This document shows positions 38,677 to 51,199 of a DNA stretch of 64,000 nt, piece after piece. The translations under genes and the position numbers were made by a program. Each line of letters begins with the position of its first letter. The first letter of the stretch is position 1. The notes beneath the pieces were generated by a model. The model was not told where the DNA came from. It did no database searches and saw only the letters and a list, made by a program, of their open reading frames with translations. The DNA is from Octopus vulgaris (lineage: Eukaryota): positions 33,232,001-33,296,000 of the forward strand of contig OX597834.1 of the NCBI GenBank assembly GCA_951406725.2, written 5' to 3'.

Positions 38677-41558
38677 GTAGAAAAGGTCCTGCTAGAAATA
38701 GCAACCAAATCTTCCTCAAAAAGATAAAACTGTGTATGTACTGTGACTCTACTACTCGAGATCAGAGTTACTGCCCCAAGTACCGCGTCACACAATTTAC
38801 TGTCCCACACTTTCACAGATCGGACCAGCTACAAAACTGGTTCTAATCTAGATTTAATTCCCCCTGTTAAGTGACCCTAACAGGGGACACGGTGTGGATT
38901 ACTGCTCGATTTTTGCAAATAAATTACCGAACAACATTACAAAAGCAGTTTAACATGCAATGGATACTCTTGATAACATCTTAAACACACCTAGTCCAAC
39001 AAGTCAATGAGGGGAAACTGCTACAAATAACTAAATCTACCTCTAATCACACCTGACTCTCTTAAGAAAGGAAGATTACACTGAAAACACAAAAAAAAAT
39101 ACAACTGTAATTCTAGATACATTATGTCTGAACAGAAGACAGATTGGAGACAGCTGGAATAAGGAAGGAAGGTCGTAGCTTTTGCTCAGGCATGACTTAC
39201 CTGTACCGAAGCAACAACAAGGAGCCCACCCACTCCCCTTCCCTGTATAGCATTTCATTTCTCTTTAACGAAGGAAAAGAGTAATTACTACCCTAAATGT
39301 TACACTTCCCCTCTTCCTTCTCACAAGCTAATTTATTCCACTTCATTAAACAGTTTCTACCTTCCACCAAATGACCCCACACTGGTCCAGATTTCTGTCA
39401 ACTGTAATGATGATGATATATGCCCTTCTTGAATTTGTGAAATTTTGAAACACACATGATCATCATCATCATAATCATCATCATTTGACGTCCGTTTTTC
39501 CATGCTGGCATGGGTTAGATGGTTTGACTGAAAACTGGTAAGCTGGGGACCTGCACCAAATTTCAGTCTGATATAGCATGGATTCTATGGCCGGATGCCC
39601 TTCCTAATGCCAACCACTCCCAGAGAGTAATGGGAGCTTTTTACATGCCACTGGTATGGAAGCCAGTTACATGACACCAGCGTCGGCCACGAGTGCAATT
39701 TTACATAGCTTGACAGGTCTTTTCAAGCACAGCATATTACCAAAGGTCTCTTGTCACTGCCGGGGGGGGGGGGGGACATTCGAAGATCATGCTTCACCAC
39801 CTTGTCCCATGTCTTCCACAGGTTCCCTCCACAGTTAGAGATCAGCTCGTCTTTATGCAGCTGTCCTCATCCATTTGCATCACATGACATCTCTCTTGCA
39901 TACCACATCAGATGCCTCATACATATATATACATATATATATATGTGTGTGTGTATGTATATATATATATATATACACATATAGATATATAGGCGTAGGA
40001 GTGGCTATGTGGTAAGTAGCTTGCTTACGAACCACATGGTGCCAGGTTCAGTCCAATTGTGTGGAACCTTGGGCAAGTGTCTTCTACTATAGAAGACCAA
40101 AGCCTTCTGAGTGGATTTTGACAAATCAGAGTTACTTTTGATTTCATATCCCGAAAACACTTCACCTAATGAATAAAGCAACAAGAAAACATTGCTAGAA
40201 ATAGCAACCAAATCTCCCTCAAATATATAAAGCCATGTACTGTGACTAAACTACTCGCGGTCAGCGTTACTGCCCCAAGTCCTGCATCACACACATTACT
40301 GTCCCACACTTTCACAAATAGAACCAGCTACAAAACTGTCTCTAATGTTTTATATAGTGAACCCTTGAAGAGGTATCTTCTCGGGGGTCACATTGTTGAA
40401 GTGTGGGGTCCGTTGATTGGAAAAAAAAAACAGTATTTAGAACCAAAATTAGAACTAAGAGAGTATTTCAGAGGCTCAACTGAAACCTGATATTATTGAG
40501 ATTTCAATATGTAATATTTTTATTTAAGTTTAATTAAACTACAAAGCCACAACAAAATAGCTATTAAATAATATTTTTTAAAAATAAAGTAAAAATATTA
40601 TCTTAAAAATGAACAAAAAAGAAAAGGAAAATAATTAACTAAAGTAGGTTTAACATACTCTTTCCTACCTTTTTTTTAAACAACTTAATCACATCTGACA
40701 AGGGCTGGGGAAGCTCCATGAAACCAATGAAGGGAGGAGTTGTTCAGGCATGTCAGTATTAAAAGAGTCAAACAGGACTTGGGACAAAATGATTTGAAGC
40801 ATTACCGTTTGCCTACTCTTTACGCTCTTAAATTCAAATCCAGCAGAGGTCAACTTAGTCTTCCATCATTATGGGGTCAAATAAAAAAAACTATCAATCA
40901 AAGACAAGTGATTTATAGAACTTTAAGAACATGGGACTGAATGCCTTGTGGTATTTATTCAGCCTCTGCTTCACTAAGACAAAATCCCATTATGGCTAGC
41001 TTGGTACCTTGGTGGTTGGCATCACCCATTCCTCCATCTAGCACCACCATAGGGCATCTAGGGTGCCATTTCGTTTCAAGCATTTGGGTCAGGTTTCCCA
41101 TTTAATGATACCTTCCTCTGTCCTTCCCACCAGTCTTGGAGATCCCTATAACAGGTCAAGGAAATTGCTTTCCCTCTTGTGGCCCATATAAAGCACCAAC
41201 CAATCGTGGCCAACCTCCTCTGACTCCTGTGCTGGTGGCACGTAAAAAGTACCCACTACACTCACGGAGTGGTTGGCATTAGGAAGGGCATCCAATGTAG
41301 AAACACTGCCAGATCAGACTGGATCCTGGTGCAGCCTCCTGGCTTCCCAGACCCCGGTTGAGCCGCCCAACCCATGCTAGCATGGAAAATGGACGTTAAA
41401 CGGTGATGATGATATAAACCTATCAAATAAATGTCAAATGATTTATCTGACTCACACCAAGTTGAAATGGTCCTAACCAAAGAATAAATTTGGTACAATT
41501 TCCTCCATTCTTTTACATTTTACCCCTATGCACATATATATACATCTACATATATACA

Positions 41559-41612
<54 letters not shown>

Positions 41613-43351
41613 AACACACACATACGCACGCAAAAAAAAAATACTAAGTCAATCAGAAAATTAGCATTTTGATAGATATACATACAAACAAACACATGAT
41701 CCAGACCACACACACAAACAAACAAACATACATCAACATATATATATATATAAACACACCTGCCAGATAGAAATTCCACCATCTGGGTTAAGGTCTTGAA
41801 CTACTGAACAGTCACACACACACACAGTGTGACATTCCAGGGGTGGCTCCTTAGAGAGCTAAGTTGGGGTCCTGAACTGTTGTCAACACATACAACAAGC
41901 TACTAATACTACCACCACCACCAGCACCATAAGCATCATCATCAACTGTACCTTCACCACCTCAATCACCCCACCCCACACAGCTACCACAAGCATCATC
42001 ATCATCATCAAAACTACCAACATCATCATCATTGTAGTCATCAGCATCACTATCGTCACCATCAAAAAAAAGCAGTCAAGGAGCTCCAATTCAATTCAGT
42101 TGTATTAATGGTTGAATGGAGGAAGAGAGAGAGACAGAGAAAGAGTGAGAGAGAGAGAGAACAGAAGAGAGAAGAGGAGGAATGTAAACCAGAAAAACAA
42201 AGGGGGTGTTCAGTTCATGTGTAGGTCTCTCATTGACATTATGAAAGAGGAGAAGGCAGAGGGGAGAGAGAGAGAGAGAGAGAAAGAAAGTGCTTTGTGT
42301 ATGAGGGGTGTTCTGAGAGGGAGGAGAACAATGTAAAGAAAGACAGTGACAGTCACCCCATTACCTTTCTACCCTTATTTAGATTGAATAAAAAAACTTT
42401 AGAAGGTAATTGAAGCAGAAAGGGGTAAGGTGGCATAACCCTGTGGGGGCAGGGAGTCATGAAAGGAGAGGGTGGGGGAGGAGAGTGAGAACATTCATAT
42501 ATCAAACACACCACATAGTTTATGACAACCAAGAAAAAGAGAGTACTCAATACATAGTATAGAGTATAATTTATATCACTAACGCTTTAACACCCTTACT
42601 TAAACTGTACAAACATAGCCCAAGGAGGACATATAACAGCATTGAATCTGAAACCAAGTGGCTGGTTTCTTAACCACATGCCTATATAATATATTAATGT
42701 GTGTGTGTGTGTGTGCACATATGTGCATGCATGAGTGTGTACACAGCAAAGATGAAGAAAGCTTATCAAATGTCATACAAGTCAAATTTTTGTGAGATTT
42801 TCGTTCAATTAAGCTACAAGAAAAAAATTTGCCTTAATCCAACATGGCACCAGGAACACGCAAGCACACTGTTTCATTAATGTAGACTACATGTGTCACA
42901 TGTAAAGGGTGGTAGTTCCCAATGAATGGAAACAGTTTCTTTTCTTTCCAAGTGACACACAATTGACAATGGCTATGACCAATGTCATATGCGTCTCTGC
43001 CTTTACGACAATACTCCCATCTTATTATGCAATTACTTTGTTCAACTAACTTCTAAAGAACCAAATATACTTTGAAAGGGATGTGACATGAAGCATATTT
43101 CTGAATCGAAATGAATGGATGTGATTTATGAATTTATATTTAATGCTTTAGCATTTGAACCAGCCACATCTGACCCAAATATTCTACCCGTTTTATGTCC
43201 AAACTGTGAAAGATCTGGCCTTTCACATGTACCCTACAGCATCATTCTTAAAATAAACAATCACATCAATGATATCTCAAAGCTACATGATTAATTCAAA
43301 ATAATGTGAATAAATAAGCATTACCTTCAGAGTAATCTGAATGCTAAAAGA

Positions 43352-43890
43352 TGTTCTCAGTTAACCTGATGTACATCTTTACAGTATGGTCAGCTCTGTA
43401 TAGTTATTTCGAGATCTAAGCAAATGTATGTGATGTGCAAATTTAGCCTTAAAGGTGTTTTCAGTTAACCTTTTACAGTATAGTCTGCAAATACTAAATC
43501 TGCTCAGGGTAGTTATTTCTAGATCTAAACAAATAGATGTTATGCATGAATTTAACTATAAATATGCTTTCAGTCAGCCTGGTATACATGTTTTTACAAT
43601 ACAGTCTGCCAGATAGTTCTATGTCTGCTCTGTATACTATTTCTTTCAACAGACATTTTCCATTCAAAGGGCATTGAATCATGTCTCTGAAATTGCATTT
43701 GGATTGGGTGATTTGTTAGATATTCTTAGCTTTTGTTTTTGTGCTTAGTGATTTGTAATCTTATGTTACCCATACATATAAAACATGACTAACAGAATTA
43801 TGGTTGAAGAATTTGTGATATTAGTGTGAAGCGAGGAAATAGATACTGATTAATGTAAAGATAGAGGTCTGAGTTATATTTGAGGATACA
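43352..43890 (-). pseudogene. Penelope-like element relic: RT C-terminal linker plus GIY-YIG endonuclease
   Basis: Frameshifted minus-strand peptides YHKFFNHNSV, CMGNIRLQITKHKNK and CNFRDMIQCPLNGKCLLKEIVYRADI...YTRLTESIF match the Penelope pattern CNCR...CPLNG.CL...IVY.A....YIGLTE..FK. Confidence 0.8.
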
Positions 43891-43929
43891 TTTAGAGAAT
43901 GAAGAGGGTTAAACCAGATTTTATATATA

Positions 43930-44252
43930 TTGGGTCATCCCATAATGTGGTTTTTTTCAATTGCATGAACTAAAAGTCGGAAGGGGAAAGGATAAACTAC
44001 TTGCAACAACTTGATATAAAAGCAGGTAGTAATTTTACCTTGACCTTATTCTTAGTGCAAGTTTTGAAGAGTGCAGTTCAATTTTAACAGTTATTTTTTC
44101 AAAGCTTTAATGGAAGTGACAAAGAAGCACATTCGGCATATTTTGCTTTATGATTTCAACAAAGGCAACAACACAACGGAAAGTGTGAGGAATATTAATG
44201 CAGTGTATGGGAATCAGACAATAAGTATCACCCAGTGCCAACAGTGGTTCCA
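43930..44252 (+). pseudogene. Mariner transposon 5' relic: TIR plus transposase N-terminal HTH
   Basis: A TA-flanked left end (ttgggtcatcccataa) is followed by ATG at 44110 encoding MEVTKKHIRHILLYDFNKGNNTTESVRNINAVYGNQTISITQCQQWF, a typical mariner HTH (HxRHILLYEFxKG...NI..VYG....S...CQ.WF). Truncated. Confidence 0.88.
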
Positions 44253-45731
44253 TCCTCACTATTATTATTAATAGTAATATACACTGCAGGGAACCTTTAC
44301 ATTCCAGGATAGGACACACGGAATTACCCAATGGAAGTGACTAACAAATAATTGTAGGCACACACATTGGATACTGACCACTGTGGTTAGCTGGCATCTG
44401 GAAGCCAACTGAGAGCTAACATAGTATCCACCCGAATAAAATATCCCTCCAAACTATATATATATGGCAGTGTAGTTAAGGCCTTTACTACAAAACCACA
44501 TGCCTTTAGGTTCAATCTCACTGCACAGCACCTGGAACCTGCGTCTTATCTTTTATTACAGCTCCAGGCCAACCAATATTTTGTGAGTGAATCTGGTAGG
44601 CAGAAACTATGTGGAAGGTCATCATGCACATGTATGTGTGTGTGTGTGTGTGTTTGACAACCCATATTTGTGAGTTTACATTCTCCTAACCATGCAATTT
44701 ACCAAAAAGCAACTGATAGACTGCCAGATTTCAATAAGTAGAGCTAGTGTTGGTTCAAGGGCAGTACTCCAGTATGGCCACAGTGCAAAAGAACAACACA
44801 AGTAAAAGAAAAATCTAATAGGCTTTTGCACAGTTTCTATCATCATCATCATCATCATCATTGTTTAACGACCGCTTTCCATGCTAGCATGGGTTAATTG
44901 ACTCACAAGGCATAGAGCAAATGAGAGCTTCGTTAGAACACATATGCTGCGCAGTGGAGTTGAACTCAAGATTATTTGGTCACAAAATGAGCTCCAACAC
45001 ACATCTTTTTTTCTACCTGTACTCGTTATTATTTCGAATATCAGTACAAGGTGCAAAAACATCATTTATATTGACCCCTGTACTCCAATGATACTTTCGG
45101 CAAGATTTGAACTCAGACCCTAAAGAACTGTTGATAAAATAGCATGAGGAACTTTGTTTACACTATTCTGAAGAGAAAATAATATCAGCTGATACTATTG
45201 CCAGCCCATGGTCAAAGGAGTTCTAACTATGACCATCTCATCTTTTACTATACCTGTGACTACATTCCTTGTGTATCCTTTATCAGACAGCGGAATGTGA
45301 ATTTAAGGGATAACTTGGCTGCTATTTCTAGCAAGTTAAGTCATCACCTGGAAGATCTTTTGTTGGCAGGGAATAAATGATTGGTAGTGGTGGTGGTGAT
45401 GATGACAGGAGGATAGAGGAGTATTCCGGATTACAGGGGAGGGGTGACCCTCCACCCCGCCAAAAAAAAGCAATTCCCCCACATACAAACCCCACTCCTG
45501 AAAGGATCAATAATTTCATACTGACCAATGATACAGGTAAAGATCAGTGGAAGGAGAGGGAATAAAGGTGTCTTGGTGTTCCCCAAAAGCATATAATGGC
45601 GGTGGTGGTGGAAGAGAAACACTTACCCACCCCTTATACCACCCACTGTCCACCACCATGAAACTACTGTTTGTAGACCTTCGAAAATGGGGGAAGTGGG
45701 TGGCACGGGTGTAATGAACTGGAGAATGTGA

Positions 45732-45767
<36 letters not shown>

Positions 45768-45953
45768 CCAGGGTTGGTAGGGGTGTGTTCAGTTATCTCT
45801 TTAATGTTAATACCTGCACTAATAGCTTTTTATATGTTTGGTCAGTCTTGAAAGGTTGATGGTGGTGGTGGTGGTTATACAAGCATGCTTGGGTGTGTGT
45901 GTGTGTGTGTGTGTGCATGTGTCCCCTGTGTTAAGAGCCTGTTTGAAGTTTTA

Positions 45954-45985
<32 letters not shown>

Positions 45986-46129
45986 TCTCTCCCCTCATGG
46001 GAAGTTCCTCCCCCTCTTCAATTTCTTACCAACCCCTATTTCTCTCTGCCTCTGAGGCTGAAAACAACTACAGATGGTGACAGCAGCAATAACAGTGCCC
46101 CCCACCCCCATCAAATTTGTGTGTGTGTG

Positions 46130-46167
<38 letters not shown>

Positions 46168-46169
<2 letters not shown>

Positions 46170-46550
46170 TGCAGGAGTGGCTGTGTGGTAAGTAGCGTGT
46201 CTACCAACCACATGGTTCCGGGTTCAGTCCCACTGCGTGGCACCTTGGGCAAGTGTCTTCTACTATAGCCTCGGGCGAACAAATTCTTGTGAGTGGATTT
46301 GGTAGACGGAAACTGAAAGAAGCCCGTTGTATATACGTATATATATATATGTGTGTCTGTGTTTGTCCCCTATCATTGCTTGACAACCGATGCTGGTGTG
46401 TTTATGTCTCCGTTACTTAGCGGTTCGGCAAAAGAGACCGATAGAATAAGTACTGGGCTTACAAAAGAATAAGTCCCGGGGTCGAGTTGCTCGATTAAAG
46501 GCAGTGCTCCAGCATGGCCGCAGTCAAATGACTGAAACAAGTAAAAGAGT
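46168..46550 (+). mobile_element. SINE family A, young full-length copy inserted in (AT)n
   Basis: ggtgcaggagtggctgtgtggtaag (A box)...ggttcagtccc (B box)...gaaacaagtaaaagag. Confidence 0.88.
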
Positions 46551-46799
46551 ATATATTTAATTTATATGAAGGGCATATAAATAAATATATTTAAAGGGAA
46601 TAATTATAATTTTTCCCTTATGAGGATTTTTCATGCTTACTACTTGATAAATTCTTATAAAGATTTTATCCTACTTTATTTTCAACAAAAGCAGGGTATT
46701 TCAATAGAAATCTGGTAAGGAAAGGCTTAAAAAGATGGGGTTTTTTTCAGCACCTTATGTTAACTCTCTTTATTTGAGCATTATTCACCTTACTCAAAA

Positions 46800-47010
46800 C
46801 CTGCGTTTAGCATGGACTGGAAACATCAATCAACCAACCAACCAACCAACATTTATAGCAGCTATCAGTAAACAGAGTTTTCTTGGCATCAGTGTATTCA
46901 ACACTATATATTGTACACAAAGGTAGGTTGTTACAAAAGGCAGCAACTTTTTGACTGCCTTCTCATGCCAGAAGAAAAATTTCTGTTGCAACAAGGAACA
47001 TGTTTTTTTA
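46800..47010 (-). pseudogene. hAT (Buster/Charlie-type) transposase C-terminal relic
   Basis: Minus-strand FFFW...AVKKLLPFVTTYLC resembles the hAT dimerisation-domain motif A.K.LLPF.TTYLCE.GFS. Confidence 0.65.
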
Positions 47011-49719
47011 TATATAATTTTATTTATGTCTAATGAGTCCTCATTACCTCCAAGAATTTCATTCTTACCCAACTTGGGGTAATTTACTCCTGTTTGCCGA
47101 TCCCAGTTCTAGGAAGTGCTGTCCTTAGGTTTTTTTCCCCTAGGGTTTTATTTTTCAAGAGATGGAGGTCCTACACTCGCAGTAATAATGTATTTCAGCT
47201 GATCTAGTAACATGGTACTCTTGAGTTTCCCCTAACATACAACTGGTTCCCCAGACAGTAAGAATGAAGCAAAAAAAATATTCATGTTTGAGAAAGTCTC
47301 TCTAAGTGAACTACATGTAGAAACTGTACTTTTAATTGGCACAAGGGCCCTACCAAAACGTACATTGTTTCAACAGTTTCACATAAAAACTGAAAGTGGG
47401 GGACCAAAAGCTCTCTCCCTCTCCCTCTCTCTCATACACAACACACAGTTACTACAACTGTTGAACTTATATACTGGATAGAGGAATTGTAAGCTTCAGA
47501 AGTGGATGTGTGTATTTACACGTGTGGCATATGTGTATGTGTATTTTCATGTGTGTACAAGTATGTGTGTGTGTATGGATAAATGTAGGAGCATGGCAAC
47601 ATGTTATGTATATTAGTCAATATATCTAAGAGTGTGTGGTGTGTGTGTGGTGTGTTTATGTATGCGTGTGTGGTATGTATGTATATGCATGTGTGGTGTG
47701 CATGCGTGTGGTGTGTCACAGATATACTCATACAAACACATACACATTTACTATATATGTGTGTGAATTATACACACACACACGTGCACACATGCATACA
47801 CATGTGTATGTATGCAAATTATAGTTAAATGAACACAAACACATTAAGATGAGAGAGAATGTGTGTGTGTGTGTATGTGTGCATGTATGTGTGTGTGTGT
47901 GTGTGTAAAAATCTGAATGTTTGTTATTCTACATGGTCATCAGACATTCCACAGTGTGATGGCATAGAAGAGAATGCTGGGGAGCGGGGGGGGGGGGGCA
48001 AGAAGGGGAATAAAAAGAGCTGACTGCCAGGTGGTGGGAGGAGGAAGTGAGGGGTGAAGGCTGAAAGGAAGAAAGGTTAGAGGTCACTTGACAAAACCAA
48101 ACCTTAAGACCTAAGCAGGAAGGTCTCCATCTCAGACCCACTGCCACCACCACCACCCAGCTGATGAAAACAAACATCAGTTCCCCCACCATCACCATCC
48201 TCTCTTCTCTACCCCATTGATTAAATGTCCACACATACATTATATACCAGGTGTTCTCCCTCTAATCCTTCCTGTCTATATACAGTCCATTACCTCTCAC
48301 TACACACCCTCAGCTCTCACACACACACACACACACAGACAGAGGCAACTATGTTGATCCTTGATGGGTCAGCTACTCACACACACACACAAACACACAA
48401 AGAAACAGAGAGCAAAGAGGAAATAGTAACTTGACACCACAACAGCAAGGAGACTGACAATCAACAGGAGGGAGGGTCAGCAGATAACTGGTTCTAATGA
48501 CCACCACCCCCTGACTCCACTCCTCTCCATGGCTGAATGGTTCAGAAGATTGTTTCAAAACCACAGGGTTTCAGGTTCAGTCCCACTGTGTTGATGTCTT
48601 CTACCAAGGGATCAGGGCAGGTGGCTCCTGGCAATTGGAAGGTTGTGAGTTCAATACACAGCAGCCCACTGTGCTCTTGAGCAAGACACTTCATTTCACA
48701 TTGCTCCAGCCCACTCAGCTGGCAAAAATGGATTGCACCTGTACTTCAAAGGGCCAGCTTTGTTACATTCTGTGTCATGCCAAATCTCCCTAAAAAAACT
48801 ACATGAAGGGCATATTTGTCTGTGGAGTGCTCAGCCACATGCATGTGAATTTCAGAAGCAGGTTGTTTCATTGATCGGTTCAACTGGAATCCTCATCAAA
48901 ATGGAGTGTCAGTCATGGTATCAGGCCATCTAATGCTTTGTGAGTGGATTTGGACAATGGAAACTGTGAGGAAGCCCATCACATGTGTATGGGTGTGTAT
49001 GTGTGTGAAGGCCATCACATGTGTTGGTATGTATGTATGTATGTATGTATTGTAAACAAGGCATGAGAATAAAAAAAGGACGAAAAACAAAAAAAAAGGT
49101 TACAAGAGAAAAAAGAGAGAATAAAACAAAGAAACAATAAAAAGGCAACTTGAAAAACAAAGAAATACTAAGAATAAGAAATAGGAAGAGAAAGAGAGGA
49201 GGAAAGACTACTAGAACAAAGCAACAAGAAAGGAGGAGGAGGAGGAGGAGGAGAGCTTGAGGTTGTCATCTTTCTTGGGAAGATTTTGCATCTCAAACCC
49301 TGACACCATCATGTGATGTGGGAACACAATCTCCCACCAGCCAAGTCAGGGCCCTTACACAGTTTGTTTCTTCAGGACATGTTGTTTTGGGTTGTTGTTT
49401 TGTTTGGGTTTTTTTTAATATATATATATATATATATTATTTTATTTAACCCAGCCACTACATTGCATCTGACACAGCACCAACAACATGCCCTCCTTTC
49501 CCCCCCACCACCACCACCGTCCTTGATTTGCCCTGCCCTGCCTTGCCTCACTCTGCTACCCCTTATCTCTGCACTGCAAATCCTCCTATCAGAATTCTTT
49601 TACACAAACATGTAGATTATTCTACAGACTTATACTGTGTGTGTGTGTGTGTGTATATACACATGTATATGTGCTTGTTTATATATGCGAATTTGTGTAT
49701 ATGTATGTTTGTGAAAATA

Positions 49720-49767
<48 letters not shown>

Positions 49768-50594
49768 CATACATATACACATATGTGTGTGTATGTATGT
49801 GCTTTTATGTATAACAATGTATGTGTTTGTATAGATATGCACGAGCATATGTGTCTATAAGTGTATGCATTTGTGTTTATGCATGTGCATTTGCATGTAT
49901 ATGTGTGTGTTTATACAGATATACGTGTGCATTTGTGTGTATCTGTATATGTATGAGTCTACGTCAGCATATGTGTATGTGTGTGTGTGCGCGCGCACAC
50001 ACACCATATTATTTTCCTTTCACAATCCAAATTTCTTCAAAGTTATTCTCTTCAGCCCAAGCACCAACCACCGCCGCCACCACTCCCATCACCACCCCAC
50101 CCAGTTCTTATGTAAGACAAGAGAAAATGAAATGTTGCAAAGGTTGTTGTTTGCTCTGCCACTTGAGGCCTCTAAAATTACAATCGGAGTTCAATTCCCA
50201 GCCAAAATTAGGCTTTCCTTTCCATTCTCCTGAACCCAGTGAAAAATATTCAGACTCTATATAATCAACTGTTTCTCCTCACCCCATCACCTCAAAAATT
50301 TGTGGCCCCGAACTTCATTTCGGAATTATTAATGTTGTTGTTGTTGTTACGAGATTGAGCATATCTTGTATCTATTGTGTTTCAGTCATTGGATTGTGGC
50401 CATGCTGGGACACCACCTGGAAGAGTTTAGCCAAACAAATCAACCTCCATACGTACTTTTTGCTTTTAAGCCTCGTACTTATTCTATTAGTCTTTTTTGA
50501 TGAACCACTAAGTTACAGGGACACAAACAAACAAACACTGATCGTCAAGTGGTGATAGGAACAAACACAAAGACGTGTGCGTGTATGTGTGTGT

Positions 50595-50780
50595 AACCGT
50601 TGGCGATTTTTTTCCCTCCATCTTCCCTTCTCTGGATCTTTCCTTTTCCTATGTTTCTGACAAAGAGCTCCGCCCGAAACATAAAACCCCCCTTCTTCCC
50701 TTCCTTCCTGAGCGTCCAATAATATTATATTTGTTCCACGTCTTTGTGTTGTTGTGTTCTCTCTTTGTGTTTTCACCCCA
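50595..50780 (+). mobile_element. Penelope-type repeat with a decayed hammerhead motif (copy 3; motif at 50652-50687)
   Basis: tgtttctgacaaagagctccgcccgaaacataaaac; the differences from copies 1 and 2 include three CpG transitions. Confidence 0.68.
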
Positions 50781-50968
50781 AAATATCTGAGTGGATACAG
50801 AGTTTTCTGCGTTATGAAAGGGTCTTAAGTTCAAGCTGAGTCTGTCACACGTTGGACAAGGACCTTCCATTGTAGCTTCAGGCCCAGCCAAAAGCTTATG
50901 AGTGAAATTGATGGAATGAAACTACAAGGAAGCCTCCCATGTGTGTGTGTGTGTGTGTGTGTGCATGC

Positions 50969-51199
50969 GAGGCGAGCTGGAAGAAGCGTTAGCACACCAG
51001 GCGAAATGCTTAGCGGTATTTCGTCTGCTTCTATGTTCTGAGTTCAAATTCCGCCAAGGTCAACTATGCCTTTCATCCTTTCGGGGGTCGATAAAATATG
51101 TACCAGTTAAGCACTGCGGTCAATGCAATCAACTTAATTTCTTTGTCTGTCCTTGTTTGTCCTCTCTGTGTTTAGCCCCCTGTGGACAATAAAGAAATA
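50969..51199 (+). mobile_element. SINE family B copy
   Basis: Same consensus as 32106-32340. Confidence 0.8.

Noticed and set aside
45629-45678. Possible minus-strand exon ending in GTAAGT (STNSSFMVVDSGWYKGW)
   Set aside because: No similarity to the IMP3 N-terminus; weak acceptor.
47050-47275. Minus-strand STMLLDQL resembling IMP3 ..LLDKL
   Set aside because: No splice donor at the required phase and the flanking residues do not match IMP3; probably chance or a transposon scrap.
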